From Malacoraja senta (taxonomy: Eukaryota): DNA of 64,000 nucleotides. The DNA is taken from contig CM075995.1 in assembly GCA_038087875.1 (NCBI GenBank), positions 248,001-312,000 on the forward strand. The letters are read 5' to 3'. Shown here piece after piece: positions 50,026 through 62,955 of this stretch. The stretch's first letter is position 1. The number at the start of each line of letters is the position of its first letter. Under the pieces are notes generated by a model, which saw only the letters and a program-made list of their open reading frames with translations, was not told the origin of the DNA and ran no database searches. Both the position numbers and the translations under genes were made by a program.

Positions 50026-50946
50026 AAGATGATTGCAGTTTTTATGGATAATTCAATGGTGCTTCAATATAGTCAATTGATTGCAGACCATCACACAAAA
50101 TAACTTTTCCATGGACTCCATCTACACCTCACGCTGCCTCGGCAAGGCCACAAGCATAATCAAGAACGAATCGCAACCTGGCCACTCCCTCTTCTCTCAT
50201 CAGCCAAAAGGTATAGAAGTGTAAAACGCACACCTCCAGGTTCAGGGACAGTTTCTTCACAGCTGTTATCAGGTAACTGTACAATCCTACCAACAACAAG
50301 AGAGCAGTCCGGGACTACTATCTACATCATTGGACATCGGACTGTCTTTGATCAGACTTTACTGGCTTTATCTTGCACTAAACATTTTTCTCGTTATTCC
50401 CAATATCATGTATCTCTGTACTCTGTGTAGGAAGGAACTGCAGATGCTGGTGTCTATGGTATATAGACACACTGAACTTTTATCTCCTGTTCCGTATTAT
50501 GTTTACATATTCTGTTGTGCTGCAGAAAGCAAGAATTTCATTGTCCTCTCTGGGACACATGACAATAAAACTCTCTTGACTCTTGGATCTTGGTTTAAAC
50601 CGAAGATGGACACAAAAAGCTGGAGTAACTCAGCGGGACAGGCAGCATCTCTGGAGAGAAGGAATGGGTGACGTTTTGAGTCGAGACCCTTCTTCAGACT
50701 GCAAACTGTATGACTTCAGACTGCACACTGTGGGCAGCTCGATTGTAATCATGTATTGTCTTTCCGCCGACTGGTTAGCACGCAGCAAAAGCTTTTCACT
50801 GTACCTCGGTACACGTGACAATAAACTGAACTCAAACTCAAGTATTCAACGTGGAGGATGCGGGGGGTGAGAAGGGTAGTGTGGGGAATTGCCCTGTAAC
50901 GGAATGGAATACTTTATAGATGGGCTAGAAATGAAAACTTTTGTAC

Positions 50947-51071
50947 CTCGTCTTCACTGTGCTTGATAATAGGCAAATAAAAGAACTGGCTGCCGTGTTC
51001 CTTCGGTAAGATGGAATTCACTCCGGGTGCATGGGGACCAGTGAGTTGTTCATTCGCACGAAGGTCGTCAG
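50947..51071 (-). CDS. KIF13A: KIF13A exon (125 nt, phase 1->0): (A)DDLRANEQLTGPHAPGVNSILPKEHGSQFFYLPIIKHSEDE
   Basis: tttgtttaag|CTGACG...GACGAG|gtacaa. Confidence 0.95.
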
Positions 51072-52299
51072 CTTAAACAAAAAGTAGAAAGGGCAATGAA
51101 TGATCGAAGACATTCAACTTTAAACTGCTGTTTCAAACTCACATTTTCATCTTATAATTCTATCATGTAATATTGAATGAATGAATAGATACATAGATAC
51201 ATAGAAAATAGGTGCAGGAGTAGGCCATTCGGCCCTTCGAGCCTGCACCGCCATTCAATATGATCATGGCTGATCATCCAACTCAGTATCCCGTACCTGC
51301 CTTCTCTCCATACCCCCTGATCCCCTTAGCCACAAGGGCCACATCTAACTCCCTCTTAAATATAGCCAATGAACTGGCCTCAACTACCCTCTGTGGCAGA
51401 GAGTTCCAGAGATTCACCACTCTCTGTGTGAAAAAGTTTTTCCTCATCTCGGTCTTAAAGGATTTCCCCCTTATCCTTAAGCTGTGAATAAGTTTATTGG
51501 CCAAGTATTCACATACAAGGAATTTACCTTGGTGCTCCCCCCGCAAGTGACAACATGACATACAGTGACAGTTAGGAATGACACATAAAACATTAAACAT
51601 TAATAATAAAACATTATCGATTAAACATGTGAATTAAATAAAATACCAGAGCAAAAGGAGGCTACAGATTTTTGGTTATTGAGTAGAGCTACTACTCGTG
51701 GAAAAAAAAGCTGTATTTATGTCTGGCTGTGGCAGCTTTGACAGTTGCCTTCCAGAGGGAAGTGATTCAAAGAGTCTGTGGCCAGGGTGAGAGGGGTCAG
51801 AGATGATCTTACCCGCTCGCTTCCTGGCCCTTGCAGTCTACATTTCGTCAATGGAGGGAAGGTTGCAGCCAATATTATTTATTCTTCTCTCAATACACCC
51901 CTAAAATTACACCGTTCATCCAAAATGGTCATCACCAGTATGTTCAAACCATTTGTCTTGAAAATCCAAAGAGGCCCATATTTACAAATGTTCTTTTGAA
52001 CCGGTTAGAAATGTTGTGAACAACACCTTCTGAAATACTCAGCTGTCACAGTGACCAATTTCGCTGATGGCAGGCCTGCAACCTGGCCACTCTCTCTTCT
52101 CCCCTCTCCCGTCGGGCAAAAGGATCAGAAGTGTGAAAACGCACACCTCCAAATTCAGGGACAGTTTCTTCCCAGCTGTTATAATTCAATTGAATCATCC
52201 TACCACAATCAGAGAGCAGTGCTGAACTACTATTTATCTCATTACTGACCCTCGGACTAGATTTACTTTGTTTTTTGAGTATAGGTGTATATATATATA

Positions 52300-53590
52300 T
52301 GTAGACTAAGTGGGACCCATTGTGTCCCTGTCACACGGGAGTCCTTGTCCCCCAACGCAATTACCTAGCCATCCTTCCTCCTATCCCTATCTTCCTCCAT
52401 TCCCCCTCATCCCGCAGAACTCCCCCCTGCTCTTCACCCTCCCTCTTCTTTCCCCACTCCTCCTCCCCTCCCCTCCCCCACTGCCTCCTTTCCCCTGCCC
52501 TCAGTTAATGAAAATCAAGATGCTTTTTAAAATGAAACCTCCCCACAATGAAAATAGTGATTTTAAAAAAATGGATTTATTTTCTATGTAAATGGAAACT
52601 TCCCCCTTATCCCACCCCCCACGATGTTTTTTTTCAAATGAAACCTCCCCCCTATCGTACCCACCCCACAATGAAAATCGTGGCTTTGTTTTAAAGGGTG
52701 CTTTTTTCCCGCGATTTATGTAAAAGTTTTTATGTAAATGAGATTCGGGATCCCATTGTGATGTCATACGCTGCTAACGGGCAGTGCAGATGGAAGTGAT
52801 TTTGTCAAAGTGTTAAAATGGGAATAACTTGTAAAATATACCGTCAATCTTAACGAAACGTGCCACAGTACACAACAGGACAATTGTGAGTAAGTTGGGC
52901 CAACAATTGTAGCGCTATCGTGTAACGTTTTGGCGTACTTTCAGGATCACACACATGCTCACACGCATACAAACAAACAAGATGAGAGTTTTAGTAATAT
53001 ACTAGACCAAGTGCAGACCTGTTAGGTCTGCTCCCCCAATGCACCCGTCCCCCACCCGTAGCCCCTACGGGAGCCTTGGGGGGCAGAGAGGGAGCAGGAG
53101 GGGGGCAGAGAGGGAGCGGGGGGGGGGGGGGGCAGAGAGGAAGGGGGATAGAGTTTGAGGGGTAGGGGGCGCGTCGTCACAGGGGAGGGCTGGTTCCCGA
53201 ACGCAATACTCCCTCGCTCCCACGTCACAGGGGAGGGCTGGTTCCCGAACACAATACTTCCTCGCTCCCGGCAGGGCCCAAGTATGGTGGGGAGTGGTCG
53301 GGGGGGGGGGGGGGGGGGGAGGTGACGTCACTCGCAGAGTGAGCAAGAAGACAGATGTTTTTCCCCAAAGTTTTTTCAGATTTTTGAACATTTTCATTAA
53401 TAACTCGAAGAATAAAGCATGAATTTTTCAGATAAGGCGATTTCGGCCTCCAGGCGGAAAATCTCTACCGGAATATATAAAAGTTTTACCATTAGTGCGT
53501 CGTTTTTTCGAGAAGATGCGATTACACACAAACAAGCACACACACGACAAACATACACACATCCAAGATCAAACTTTTAATAGGTATATG
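52300..53590 (+). mobile_element. Two tandem unclassified (possibly Helitron-like) non-autonomous elements
   Basis: Each starts tagac(t/c)aagtg..gacc after a TA run and ends in CA-rich ..caagat..tttta(g/a)ta. Confidence 0.35.
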
Positions 53591-56500
53591 ATAGAAGATA
53601 TATATGTGTGTGTGTACTTGTGGGTATGTGTACATATACACACTGAACATTTTTTTCCTCTCGTTTATCATATTGTTTTCAGTGTACTATGTTTACATAT
53701 TCTGTTGTGCTGCAGCAAGTAAGAATCTGGGACACATAACAATAAAACACTCTTGACTGTTGACTAAACGTTATTCCCTTTTCGTGTATCCATAAGCTGT
53801 AAATGGCGCGATTGTAATCATGGATTTTTTTTCCGCTGACTGGTTAACACGCAATAAAACCATTTCATTTACCTCGGTACATGTGACAATGAACGAAACT
53901 GAACAGAACTGACCAATTTCACTGATGGGAGGCCACAAATTGTAGTCCTGCCTGCCGGCATAGCCTTTGCAGTGGCTGCACCTAACTTTAATGTATCCAT
54001 CAGCACAACACAGTCGATCTTTGAGTGTGTAAGACCAGTAAATTTTGCCTTAATTTTTGGGGTTGATCTTCACAACATTTTCCGATGCAGGGCCCAGCAT
54101 TTAAAAATTCTTCGCTCCTAAGATGCGTTGGAAGTTTTCCCACAGCTTGAACCCACACATCACTCAATGACATCCTGAGACTCTCATGCTCACTTTCCCA
54201 TGCCTCTCCTTTATGAAGATTTTGACTATCCTCAAGGTATTCAACAATATCCCTCTTTTACAGTGATTTTGGCAGGACCTTCCCTGAGAAAGATAGGTGG
54301 AATGTACTCAGTTACGCCTATGCCTCCATACATAGGCCTTCTTTGTTTACAATCATACTGCCTGTTTATTGGGGTGGCAGATTGCAACCTTCACGTGGTC
54401 CACCCTGTTTCGACTAATGCAATCAACCCGACATGCACAAACAAATAGATCAAATAGAACAAGTTGACCTACAACGTTAGGCTGCGCACGTCATACGCAA
54501 GAAGACCTGTTTATTATTTATCAATTGCTCTTATCATGCAACCAAATCATCCTACCACAACTAGAGAGCTGGGGTCAAGGAAAGAGCGTTCACGTCGCGG
54601 CCCTGTTTCCAGCAATCTTTCCACCACCAAGCACAAGAAGCGACCTATCCACAGGGGGCGCTACACTGAGGGCAGCCTCTGCCTGTAGCCTGTTCGTTTT
54701 TTCCATCTTTTTTTAATTTTTAGTTAGTTTAATGTTTGTTTAGGGGGAAACTTTAACTTTTCTATGTGGGGGAGGGGGGTAGGGTTAGGGGGAAACTGTT
54801 TCCCAGTCGCTTCCTGGCGGGGACGCGACTATTTCTCCAAGTCGCGTCCTCGCCCCCCCTCCTCGCGGCCTACCACCTGGATCGGAGCGGCCTTTCCTGC
54901 CGGGGACCGGGAACTGGACCAGAGCAACAGCGGCGGCGCGGCGCTGAATTCACCGCGGAGCGGGCGATGCCGACCTGGATCGCCATTTGGAGCTCGTGGA
55001 GCTGCGGTTTTGGAGAGCTTCCAGCGTTTGGGAGAGCTCCAACATCGTGGAGCTGCGGTTTGGGAGAGCTTCCAGCGCGGCCGGCGCTGAATAACATCAC
55101 GGAGTCCTGGGGCCCTTTGCCGAGGGCCGCCAGCGCTGCATCTCTGCATCTCTGCCCGGCGCGGCCTGCGGACTTTGGGAGCCGTGGACTCCGGTAGGAG
55201 GTGGCCGACTCTGATGTCCAAGCCACTGAGGAGGTCACCCAGCCCCGACATCGGACTTACATCACCCTGGCGAGCGGGCCTGAAAATCGGACCGCCCGTA
55301 GCGGCGACTGCTGTGGGCTCGGGGAGGCCCCGACCACGGGTGAACAGCGGGGAACATTAGAGGAAGACGACTGACTTTGGTGCCTTCCCTCACAGTGGGA
55401 AAATTTGATTCTGCTGTGTGGGGATGTTTTATGTTGAACTCTATCATGTGTTGTGTTCTTATTTTTGATTGTATGGCTGTATGGTAATCACACATTTCAC
55501 TGTGCCATCTGGCACGTGACAAATAAAATAATTTCAATTCAATTTCGACAGACACCATTGTATGCAGATGCCGAGAAGTGTTTTCAGCTCTGGCTGAACA
55601 ACTTCTAATCTTGTGTGTGTGGACTCGATAAGAAGAACTAGAGAGCAGTGCTGAACTACTATCTACCTCAACGGTGACCTTTGGACTATCCTTGATCGGA
55701 CTTTTCTGGCTTTACCTTGCACTAAACGTTATTCCCTTATCATGTATCTGTACACTGTAAATGGCTCGATTGTAATCATGTATTATCTTTCCACTGACTG
55801 GTTAGCACGTAACAAAAGCTTTTCACTGTACCTCAGTATAAGTATAAAGTAAAGTATAAAGTATCCTTTATTGTCATTCAAACTTTTAGTTTGAACGAAA
55901 TTACGTACCTTGCAGTCATGACAGAGAATAAAATAACAGAACACACAATGAACACAGTTTAACATCCACCACAGTGAGTCTACCAGACACCTCCTCACTG
56001 TGATGGACAATAAACTGAACTGAGAACTTATTTGTGGCTGCTGATTTCTTTTAGATTAGCGGTCTACTGTAATATTATCACCTTTCTCTTCATTTTGATT
56101 TACCCTTCTGATTCGTTTTATACATTTGGCTTAATTCCCACTTTAGAATCAGATCTTCCTTTTCAGCTTCGAGTCACTTTATATCTCTGATGTCAACCAT
56201 CATTTTTGGCCTCCTCACATTTCATACGAGTTGAAATGTGGCAGGACTGTACCCAAATCCATTTTCATAACCTCATAAATGATAGGAGCAGTATTAGACC
56301 ATTCGGCCCATCAAGTCTACTCTATCATTCAATTGTGGCTGATCTATGTTTCCCTTTCAACATCATCCTCCTGCCTTCTCCCTGTAACCTTTGGCATCCC
56401 TTTCTTATCAAGAACCTGTCAATCTTTGCTTTAAAAATACCCAATGAATTCCACAGATTCACCACCCTCTGGCTAAGGAAATTCACGCCACTTCAAGACG

Positions 56501-56753
56501 CATCACGCCGTATCACACCGCAAATTTTTCGGTGACCTGATACGTCAAGTCAATGATGCCTGCAGTCGCCGAAAAAATCGGCAAGTGGCACAGGCCCTTT
56601 ACCTGTCTATCTTATATTCCAATTTCAATATTCCAATGGTCAGATCAATTCACAACCAACTGAAACGTGGCTCTTTCCAAATAAGTTAAATCCATGAGGA
56701 TTCGCTTTTTTTTTCATATTGAGCCAGTGACAAAAATAATAGTAATTACTCAC

Positions 56754-56809
56754 CATTTAAATCAAGGAAGAGTACTGGGATATGAGCTTCCATTCCGGGA
56801 GGCGATATC
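56754..56809 (-). CDS. KIF13A: KIF13A exon (56 nt, phase 2->1): (W)ISPPGMEAHIPVLFLDLN(A)
   Basis: tttttttag|GATATCG...AATG|gtgagt. Confidence 0.95.
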
Positions 56810-57239
56810 CTAAAAAAATACACTTACTCAGAGTAAAAAGGAAAATACAGATCAAGACATAACTTCTACTTATGTAACTAAAGGATAGGACAGGTTTGGA
56901 GGGATATGGACCAAACGCAGGCAGGTGGGACTAGTGCAGTTGGGACATTGTTGGCCAGTGTGGGCTAGTTGGGCCGAAGGGCCTGTTTCCACACTGTAAC
57001 ACTCTATGACTAAAGGGAATTTTTCCGCACTGTATCACTCTATGACTAAAGGGTTTATTTTTCCCAAATGGAATGGTCAATCATTGTCAACTGAGTTCAC
57101 ATATTTGCTTGAAAAGCTACAATGAGCCACTTCCAAAATAAAGCTAGCTTAACATCATCTGGTCTCAAACCTCTCCATTGAATGGTTAGATCTCATACCA
57201 AAATCTAGTTGACGTAAACATTTTAAGTTATTCATAAGG

Positions 57240-57730
57240 TCTTAAGTGATAGGGAGTAGAATTTGACCATTCGGCCCATCAAGTCTACTCCGCCATTCAA
57301 TCATGGCTGATCTATCTCTCCTTCCTAATCTGATTCTCCTGCCTTCTCCCCATAACCTCTGACACCTGACCTGATCAAAAATCTAAGGTAGGCACAAAAT
57401 GCTGGAGTAACTCAGCAGGACAGGCAGCATCTCTGGAGAGAAGGAATGGGTGACTTTTCGGCTCGAGACCCTTCTTCAGACAATCAAAAATCTATCTATC
57501 TCTGCCTTAAAAATATCCACTGACTTGGCCTCCACAGCCTTCTCTGGCACATAATTCCACAGATTCGCCACCCTCTGACTAAAGAAATTTCTGCTCATCT
57601 CCTTCCTAAAAGAACGTCCTTTTATTCTGAGGCCATGACCTGTAGTCCAAGACTCTCCCACTAGTGGAAACATCCTCTCCACATCCATTCTATCCAGGCC
57701 TTTCACTGTTCTGAACGTTTCAATGAGGTT
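57240..57730 (-). mobile_element. CR1 subfamily B 3' end interrupted by a Penelope pLTR (~57385-57480)
   Basis: ORF 57476..57706; atcaaaaatcta repeated on both sides of the insert. Confidence 0.85.
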
Positions 57731-58219
57731 CTGAACAAGGCAGGTCCTAGTGGTTTATTCCGATTGAAACTAAACATGTAACATTTTGAAAACCCAATGA
57801 TCACTACTCTAATGCCTCAGGAATTTTCAAATGCTCTAGTTTTCCAATGCTGATAACCTACACAAGACATACATCAGATGATTGTTCTCCAATGCACTGG
57901 TAAAGTCAGGAAATGAGTCGTGTTCTAATTAGACTGGTTAGCTCGCAATAAAAGCTTTTCACTGTGTCTTATAGAACGATCCTTTTGCTTCACTTCCATC
58001 AAATGGAGAATTTCAAACACAAATTTGTATTGACACCAAATTTTGCCAATGTACATGAGACTGAGATGTAAGGGATACCAAAACAAGAGATTGCAATCTT
58101 CCATCAGTGTTATGATAAACACCGAGAATGACAAATCAATGGAAGAGGACTTCAAAATCAGCCAAGTTCTTCACAAATGGTCTTTACATTATGAAGTAAA
58201 TTTGACAGTACTGGTTTGT

Positions 58220-58247
58220 CTGAAGAAGGGTTTCGACCCGAAACGTC
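58220..58247 (+). ncRNA. Minimal hammerhead-ribozyme motif in Penelope pLTR
   Basis: CTGAAGA-A-GGGTT-TC-GACCC-GAAA-CG-TC: conserved CUGANGA and GAAA boxes, stem II, GUC cleavage triplet. Confidence 0.6.
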
Positions 58248-58766
58248 ACCTATTCCTTTGCTCCATAGATGCTGCCTCACCCGCTGAGTTTCTCCAGCAT
58301 TTTTGTCTACTGGGGATCTGGAGATGCACTTGTTAATCAGCGATGTTTAGGAACAGTTGTGGAGCAGATCACAGTGAACTGTCATGTTGCTCACTTGCTG
58401 ACAGGAGATGAGGAAGAATTTCTTTAGTCAGAGGACAACAACAATCATTTCAGCCATCAAGGTCCATGCCGAACATGTCAAACTAATTTCCTCTGGCTGT
58501 ACGTGATCCATAACCCCTCCGCTCCCTGTATAACCATGGGCCTATCTCAAAGCCTCTGAAATGCCACTATTATATCTGCCTCCACCACAACCTGTGGCAG
58601 CTCGTTCCAAGCCCCTCCCCCCCATCCTCCATGTAAAAAAAACTGTCCTCCACATCAATTGTAAACTGTCCTCAGTGTGTGGGATAATGCTAGTGTACAG
58701 GGTGATCGCTGGTCTGCGCGGACTCGGAGGGTCGATGGGCTTGTTTCCACGCTGTAACTCTAAAGT

Positions 58767-59187
58767 CTTGTACACTCTGGAGTTTAGAAGGATGAGAGGT
58801 GATCTCATTGAAACATATAAGATTGTTAAGGGCTTGGACACACTAGAGGCAGGAAACATGTTCCCGATGTTGGGGGAGTCCAGAACCAGGGGCCACAGTT
58901 TAAGAATAAGGAGTAAGCCATTTAGAACGGAGACGAGGAAACACTTTTTCTCACAGAGAGTGGTGAGTCTGTGGAATTCTCTGCCTCAGAGGGCGGTGGA
59001 GGCAGGTTCTCTGGATGCTTTCAAGAGAGAGCGAGATAGGGCTCTTAAAAATAGCGGAGTCAGGGGATATGGGGAGAAGGCAGGAATGGGGTACTGATTG
59101 GGGATGATCAGCCATGATCACAGTGAATGGCGGTGCTGGCTCGAAGGGCCGAATGGCCTACCCCTGCACCTATTGTCTATTGTCTAT
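58767..59187 (+). mobile_element. CR1 LINE 3' end, subfamily A
   Basis: C-terminal part of ORF 58561..59097, 3'UTR and tail. Confidence 0.9.
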
Positions 59188-59712
59188 AAAGTCAAAAAGT
59201 AACGTCTAAATCTCCTTTAAATTTTCCCCTCTCACCTTAAACGGTTTAAAATCTAAATTTTGCAAAGAGGTTGGTTGGGGAAAGATCGAGTCAGTTTTAG
59301 AAAACGGACCAAATTAACTAGAAAAGGAAAAGTTATAAATACGTACCAAACAAGTGGTAAGGTGAGGGGGGAACTATTTGATAAGAATCTGAGGGGTAAC
59401 ATTTTCACGCCAGGTGTCAGAGGAGGTAGTTTCGCAAAGTTTAAGAAACAGTTAGACAGGTACATGGATAGGACAGGTTTGTAGGGATATGGGCTAAACG
59501 CAGGTGGTTGGGACGAGTGCAGCTGGGACATGTTGGCCGGTGTGGGCACGTTGGGCCGAAGGGCCTGTTTCCACGCTGTAAGACTCTATGTCAAGATAGA
59601 CACACAATGCCAGAGTAACTGGCAGCATGTCTGGAGAGAAGGAATGGGTGACGTTTGTGGTCGAGACCCTTCCACAGACTGTTGAGTGACTTGAGGCAGG
59701 AATTGTACTGAC

Positions 59713-59839
59713 CAGTCTGCTGGGGCTCCTGGAATTCCACTGCCTGGGGCAGGAACCAGCACAGCATTCCTTTCCTCAGTGAGGCCCACCCACTGCTCCA
59801 CCAGCCTGGCTTCCCGCTCCACGTCATCTTCCGTTTTTT
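59713..59839 (-). CDS. KIF13A: KIF13A exon (127 nt, phase 1->2): (E)KTEDDVEREARLVEQWVGLTEERNAVLVPAPGSGIPGAPAD(W)
   Basis: cccacgaag|AAAAAACG...GACTG|gtcagt; lies within ORF 59586..59906. Confidence 0.95.
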
Positions 59840-60439
59840 CTTCGTGGGAAAGCAGAAAGTCAAAAGTCGACCATGTTTTTTTTTTTTTAATCGAGCGGTT
59901 CTGCAAAATTCTGTCTACCCTTGAAATGGTAGTGTGGCAGCTGCTATATCGGTTCAGTTTAGTTTATTGTCACGTGTACCGAGTGTACTGTGAAAAGCTT
60001 TGGTGGCGTGCCAACCAGTCAGCGGAAAGACAATACATGATTACAATCGAGCCATTTGCAGTGTACATGATAAGGGGATAACGTTAAGTTGACAAGGGAA
60101 AAAAAAAGGGGATAACAAATTGTACACGGTGGACAGCTTGATTGCAATCATCTATAGTCTTTGAAATTCTCTACTACAAAGGGCGACGGGTGTGCAGAGA
60201 CCAGGAAAGTTGGGATAAATAGTTTTTTTTTGATCGGCAGGGAATTAAACCGAGTCGGCAGGCGGAGTTACAGCCACTAATGAGAGCAGGTTCGAGGAGC
60301 TTGTTCACTCTTGTTCACATTTCCGATGCTCACATCTACCTCATTGGTGATCTTCGAACTATCTTTTATCGGACTTTAAGGCAAGGGAGAGTCATGTAGA
60401 ACATGCTCCAAAATGTTTAAAGCAGCTTAACTTCCAACT

Positions 60440-61020
60440 AAGATCGATACACAATGCTGGAGTCACTCAGCGGGACAGGCAGCATCTCTGAATAGAAGGA
60501 ATAGGTGACATTTCAGGTCGAGACCCTTCTTCAGACAGTCAGGGGAGAGGGAAACAATAGAGATGGAAGGATAAGGTGTGAAAACGAGAAATCAAAGGGG
60601 ATGAAGTTCAAGGAAAATGTAGAATAGATCATTGTTAGCTGGGGAAGTAAAATTTAATTAGGAGGACAGTCAAACTAGTAGGATGGGGGAGGGTTGGAGA
60701 GAGGGAGGGAAAGCAAGGGTTACTTGAAGTTAGAGGTCAATATTCATTCCACTGGGGTGTATGCTACCCAAGCGAAATATGAGGTTCTATTCCTCCAATT
60801 TGCATTGGGCCTCACTATGACAGTGGAAGAGGCCCAGGACAGAAAGGTCAGTATGGGAATGGGAGGGGGAGGTTAAAGTGTTTAGCAACCAGGAGATCAG
60901 GTAGGTTTAGGTGGACTGAGCGGAGGTGTTCAGCAAAACGATCGGCGAGCCTGCGTTTGGTCTCACCGATGTATAGAAGTCCACATCTGGAACAGGGGAT
61001 ACAGTTGATGAGGAGGTGCA
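60440..61020 (-). mobile_element. Penelope-like element 3' end (GIY-YIG plus pLTR)
   Basis: CIPCSRCGLLYIGETKRRLADRFAEHLRSV..VAKHFN in ORF 60848..61135. Confidence 0.9.
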
Positions 61021-61194
61021 AGTTGAACATCCTGTATCTGCACACTGTGGACGATGTGAGTGTAATCACGTATATATTATTTTTGCTGACCGGATAGCAC
61101 GCAACAAAACAGCTTTGCACTTTACCTCGGTACACGTGACAATAATAACCAAAACTAAAGCGAAACTAAATGTTACTGACTGGAACAAACATAC

Positions 61195-61294
61195 CTTGCT
61201 TGTTGATTATTTTCTGAATTTGCTCATCTAGATATTCTCGACGCTTCATCAACGCATCAGACCATCTCTCCCGCACCTCATTCAAATCTTCCTC
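61195..61294 (-). CDS. KIF13A: KIF13A exon (100 nt, phase 0->1): EEDLNEVRERWSDALMKRREYLDEQIQKIINKQ
   Basis: ttgttcag|GAGGAAG...CAAG|gtatgt; strong match to KIF13A. Confidence 0.95.
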
Positions 61295-61562
61295 CTGAAC
61301 AACGACAAGGATTAAGACACAAGGCAAAGTTTACTCCTGTTCGTGTCTCTGAAGGGAACACTGTAAGGTGCATCAATTGTGGTGTCACTGGACAGCTTTA
61401 CAACACGTTACATGAAGCTCATGGCCTTATTTGCAGCAACCCATTTTCCGCTGTACTGTCTAGGAGAGACTTTCTCTCCCAGAGTACTGGATGGACATTC
61501 CAGGGAAACTCTTCCCAATCTACAATCAGAGAAGATACTCTGCTGGTTTCCATTCATGTTTA

Positions 61563-62125
61563 TGTGGAGACCACACCTGGAGTATTGTGTGCAGTTTTGG
61601 TCTCCAAACTTGAGGAAGGACATTCTTGCTATTGAGGGAGTGCAGTGTGGGTTCACCTGGTTAATTCCCGGGATGGCGGGACTGTCATATGCTGATAGAT
61701 TGTAGCGGCTGGGCTTGAATACTCTGGAATTTAGAAGGATGAGAGGGAATCTTATTGAAACATATAAGATTATTAAGGGTTTGGACACACTAGAGGTTGG
61801 AAACATGTTCCCAATGTTGGGGGAGTCCAGAACCAGGGGCCATAGTTTAAGAATAAGTGGTAAGCCATTTAGAACGGAGACGAGGACAAACTTTTTCACC
61901 CAGAGAGTTGTGAGTGTGTGGAATTCTCTGCCTCAGAGGGCGGTGGAGGCCGGTTCTCTGGATGTTTTCAAGAGAGTTAGATAGAGCTCTTTGGGATAGT
62001 AGAGTTAAGGGATATGGAGAGAAGGCAGGAACGGGGTACTGATTGTGGATGATCAGCCATGATTATATTGAATGGTGGTGCTGGCTCGAAGGGCCAAATG
62101 GCCTACTCCTGCACCTATTGTCTAT
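61563..62125 (+). mobile_element. CR1 LINE 3' end (longer, from RPHLEYCVQFWSP)
   Basis: CR1 RT motif RPHLEYCVQFWSP..DILAIEGVQ. Confidence 0.92.
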
Positions 62126-62581
62126 TATGTCGATAAATACCCATTGGCCTCCACAGCCTTCTGTGGCAATGAATTCCACAGATTCACCACCCTCTGATTA
62201 AAGAAATTCCTCCTCATCACCTTTCTGAAGGTAGGTCCAATTATTCTGAGACTGAGCCCTCTTGTCCTAGACTCTCCCACTAGTGGAAACATACTCTCCA
62301 CATCTACCCTATGCAGGCCTTTCACTCTTCGGTAAGTTTCAATGAGGTTCCCCCATCATCCTAATTTTCTAATCTTCTATCTGAAACCTCCTCAGTTGGG
62401 TACTGAAGCTGAGAACTTCCTGGTCTCTGTGGTTCAGTTGCCACCCAAGGCAGCAGTGGAATAACCTGCTGTACATGATCAAAGCATAACTTTATCAAAT
62501 GAACGTGATGAAATGAATTTTTGGCTGTACTGCTGAGGAAAGGCTTTCTCCCCCGAATACTGGATGAACATTCAATATAAA

Positions 62582-62955
62582 CAATATGTGCAGGAGTAGG
62601 CCATTCAGCCCTTCGAGCCAGCACCGCCATTCAATGTGATCATGGCTGATCATCCCCAATCAGTACCCCGTTCCTGCCTTCTCCCCATATCCCCTGACTC
62701 CGCTATCTTTAAGAGCCTTATCTAGATCTCTCGTGAAAGTATCCAGAGAACCGGCCTCTGAGGCAGAGAATTCCACAGACTCACAACTCTCTGTGTGAAA
62801 AAGTGTTTCCTCGTATCCGTTCTTAATGGCTTACCCCTTATTCTTAAACTGTGGCCCCTGGTTCTGGACTCCCCCAACATCGGCAACATGTTTCCTGCCT
62901 CTAGCGTGTCCAAACCCTTAATAATCTTATATGTTTCAATAAGATCCCATCTCAT
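62582..62955 (-). mobile_element. CR1 LINE 3' end, subfamily A
   Basis: ORF 62722..62982 translation. Confidence 0.88.

Larger units (their letters stand above)
655..61294 (-). other. KIF13A: KIF13A (kinesin-3) gene, partial: 12 coding exons of the stalk/tail region; 5' and 3' ends outside window
   Basis: Twelve exons with canonical AG/GT ends and mutually compatible phases join into one open frame. It closely matches the recalled vertebrate KIF13A sequence (EEDLN.VRERWSDAL.KRREYLDEQI; YIEKYTRGVL.VENILSLERLRQAVTVKEALS; KAFS.QPPKF) better than KIF13B. Confidence 0.93.
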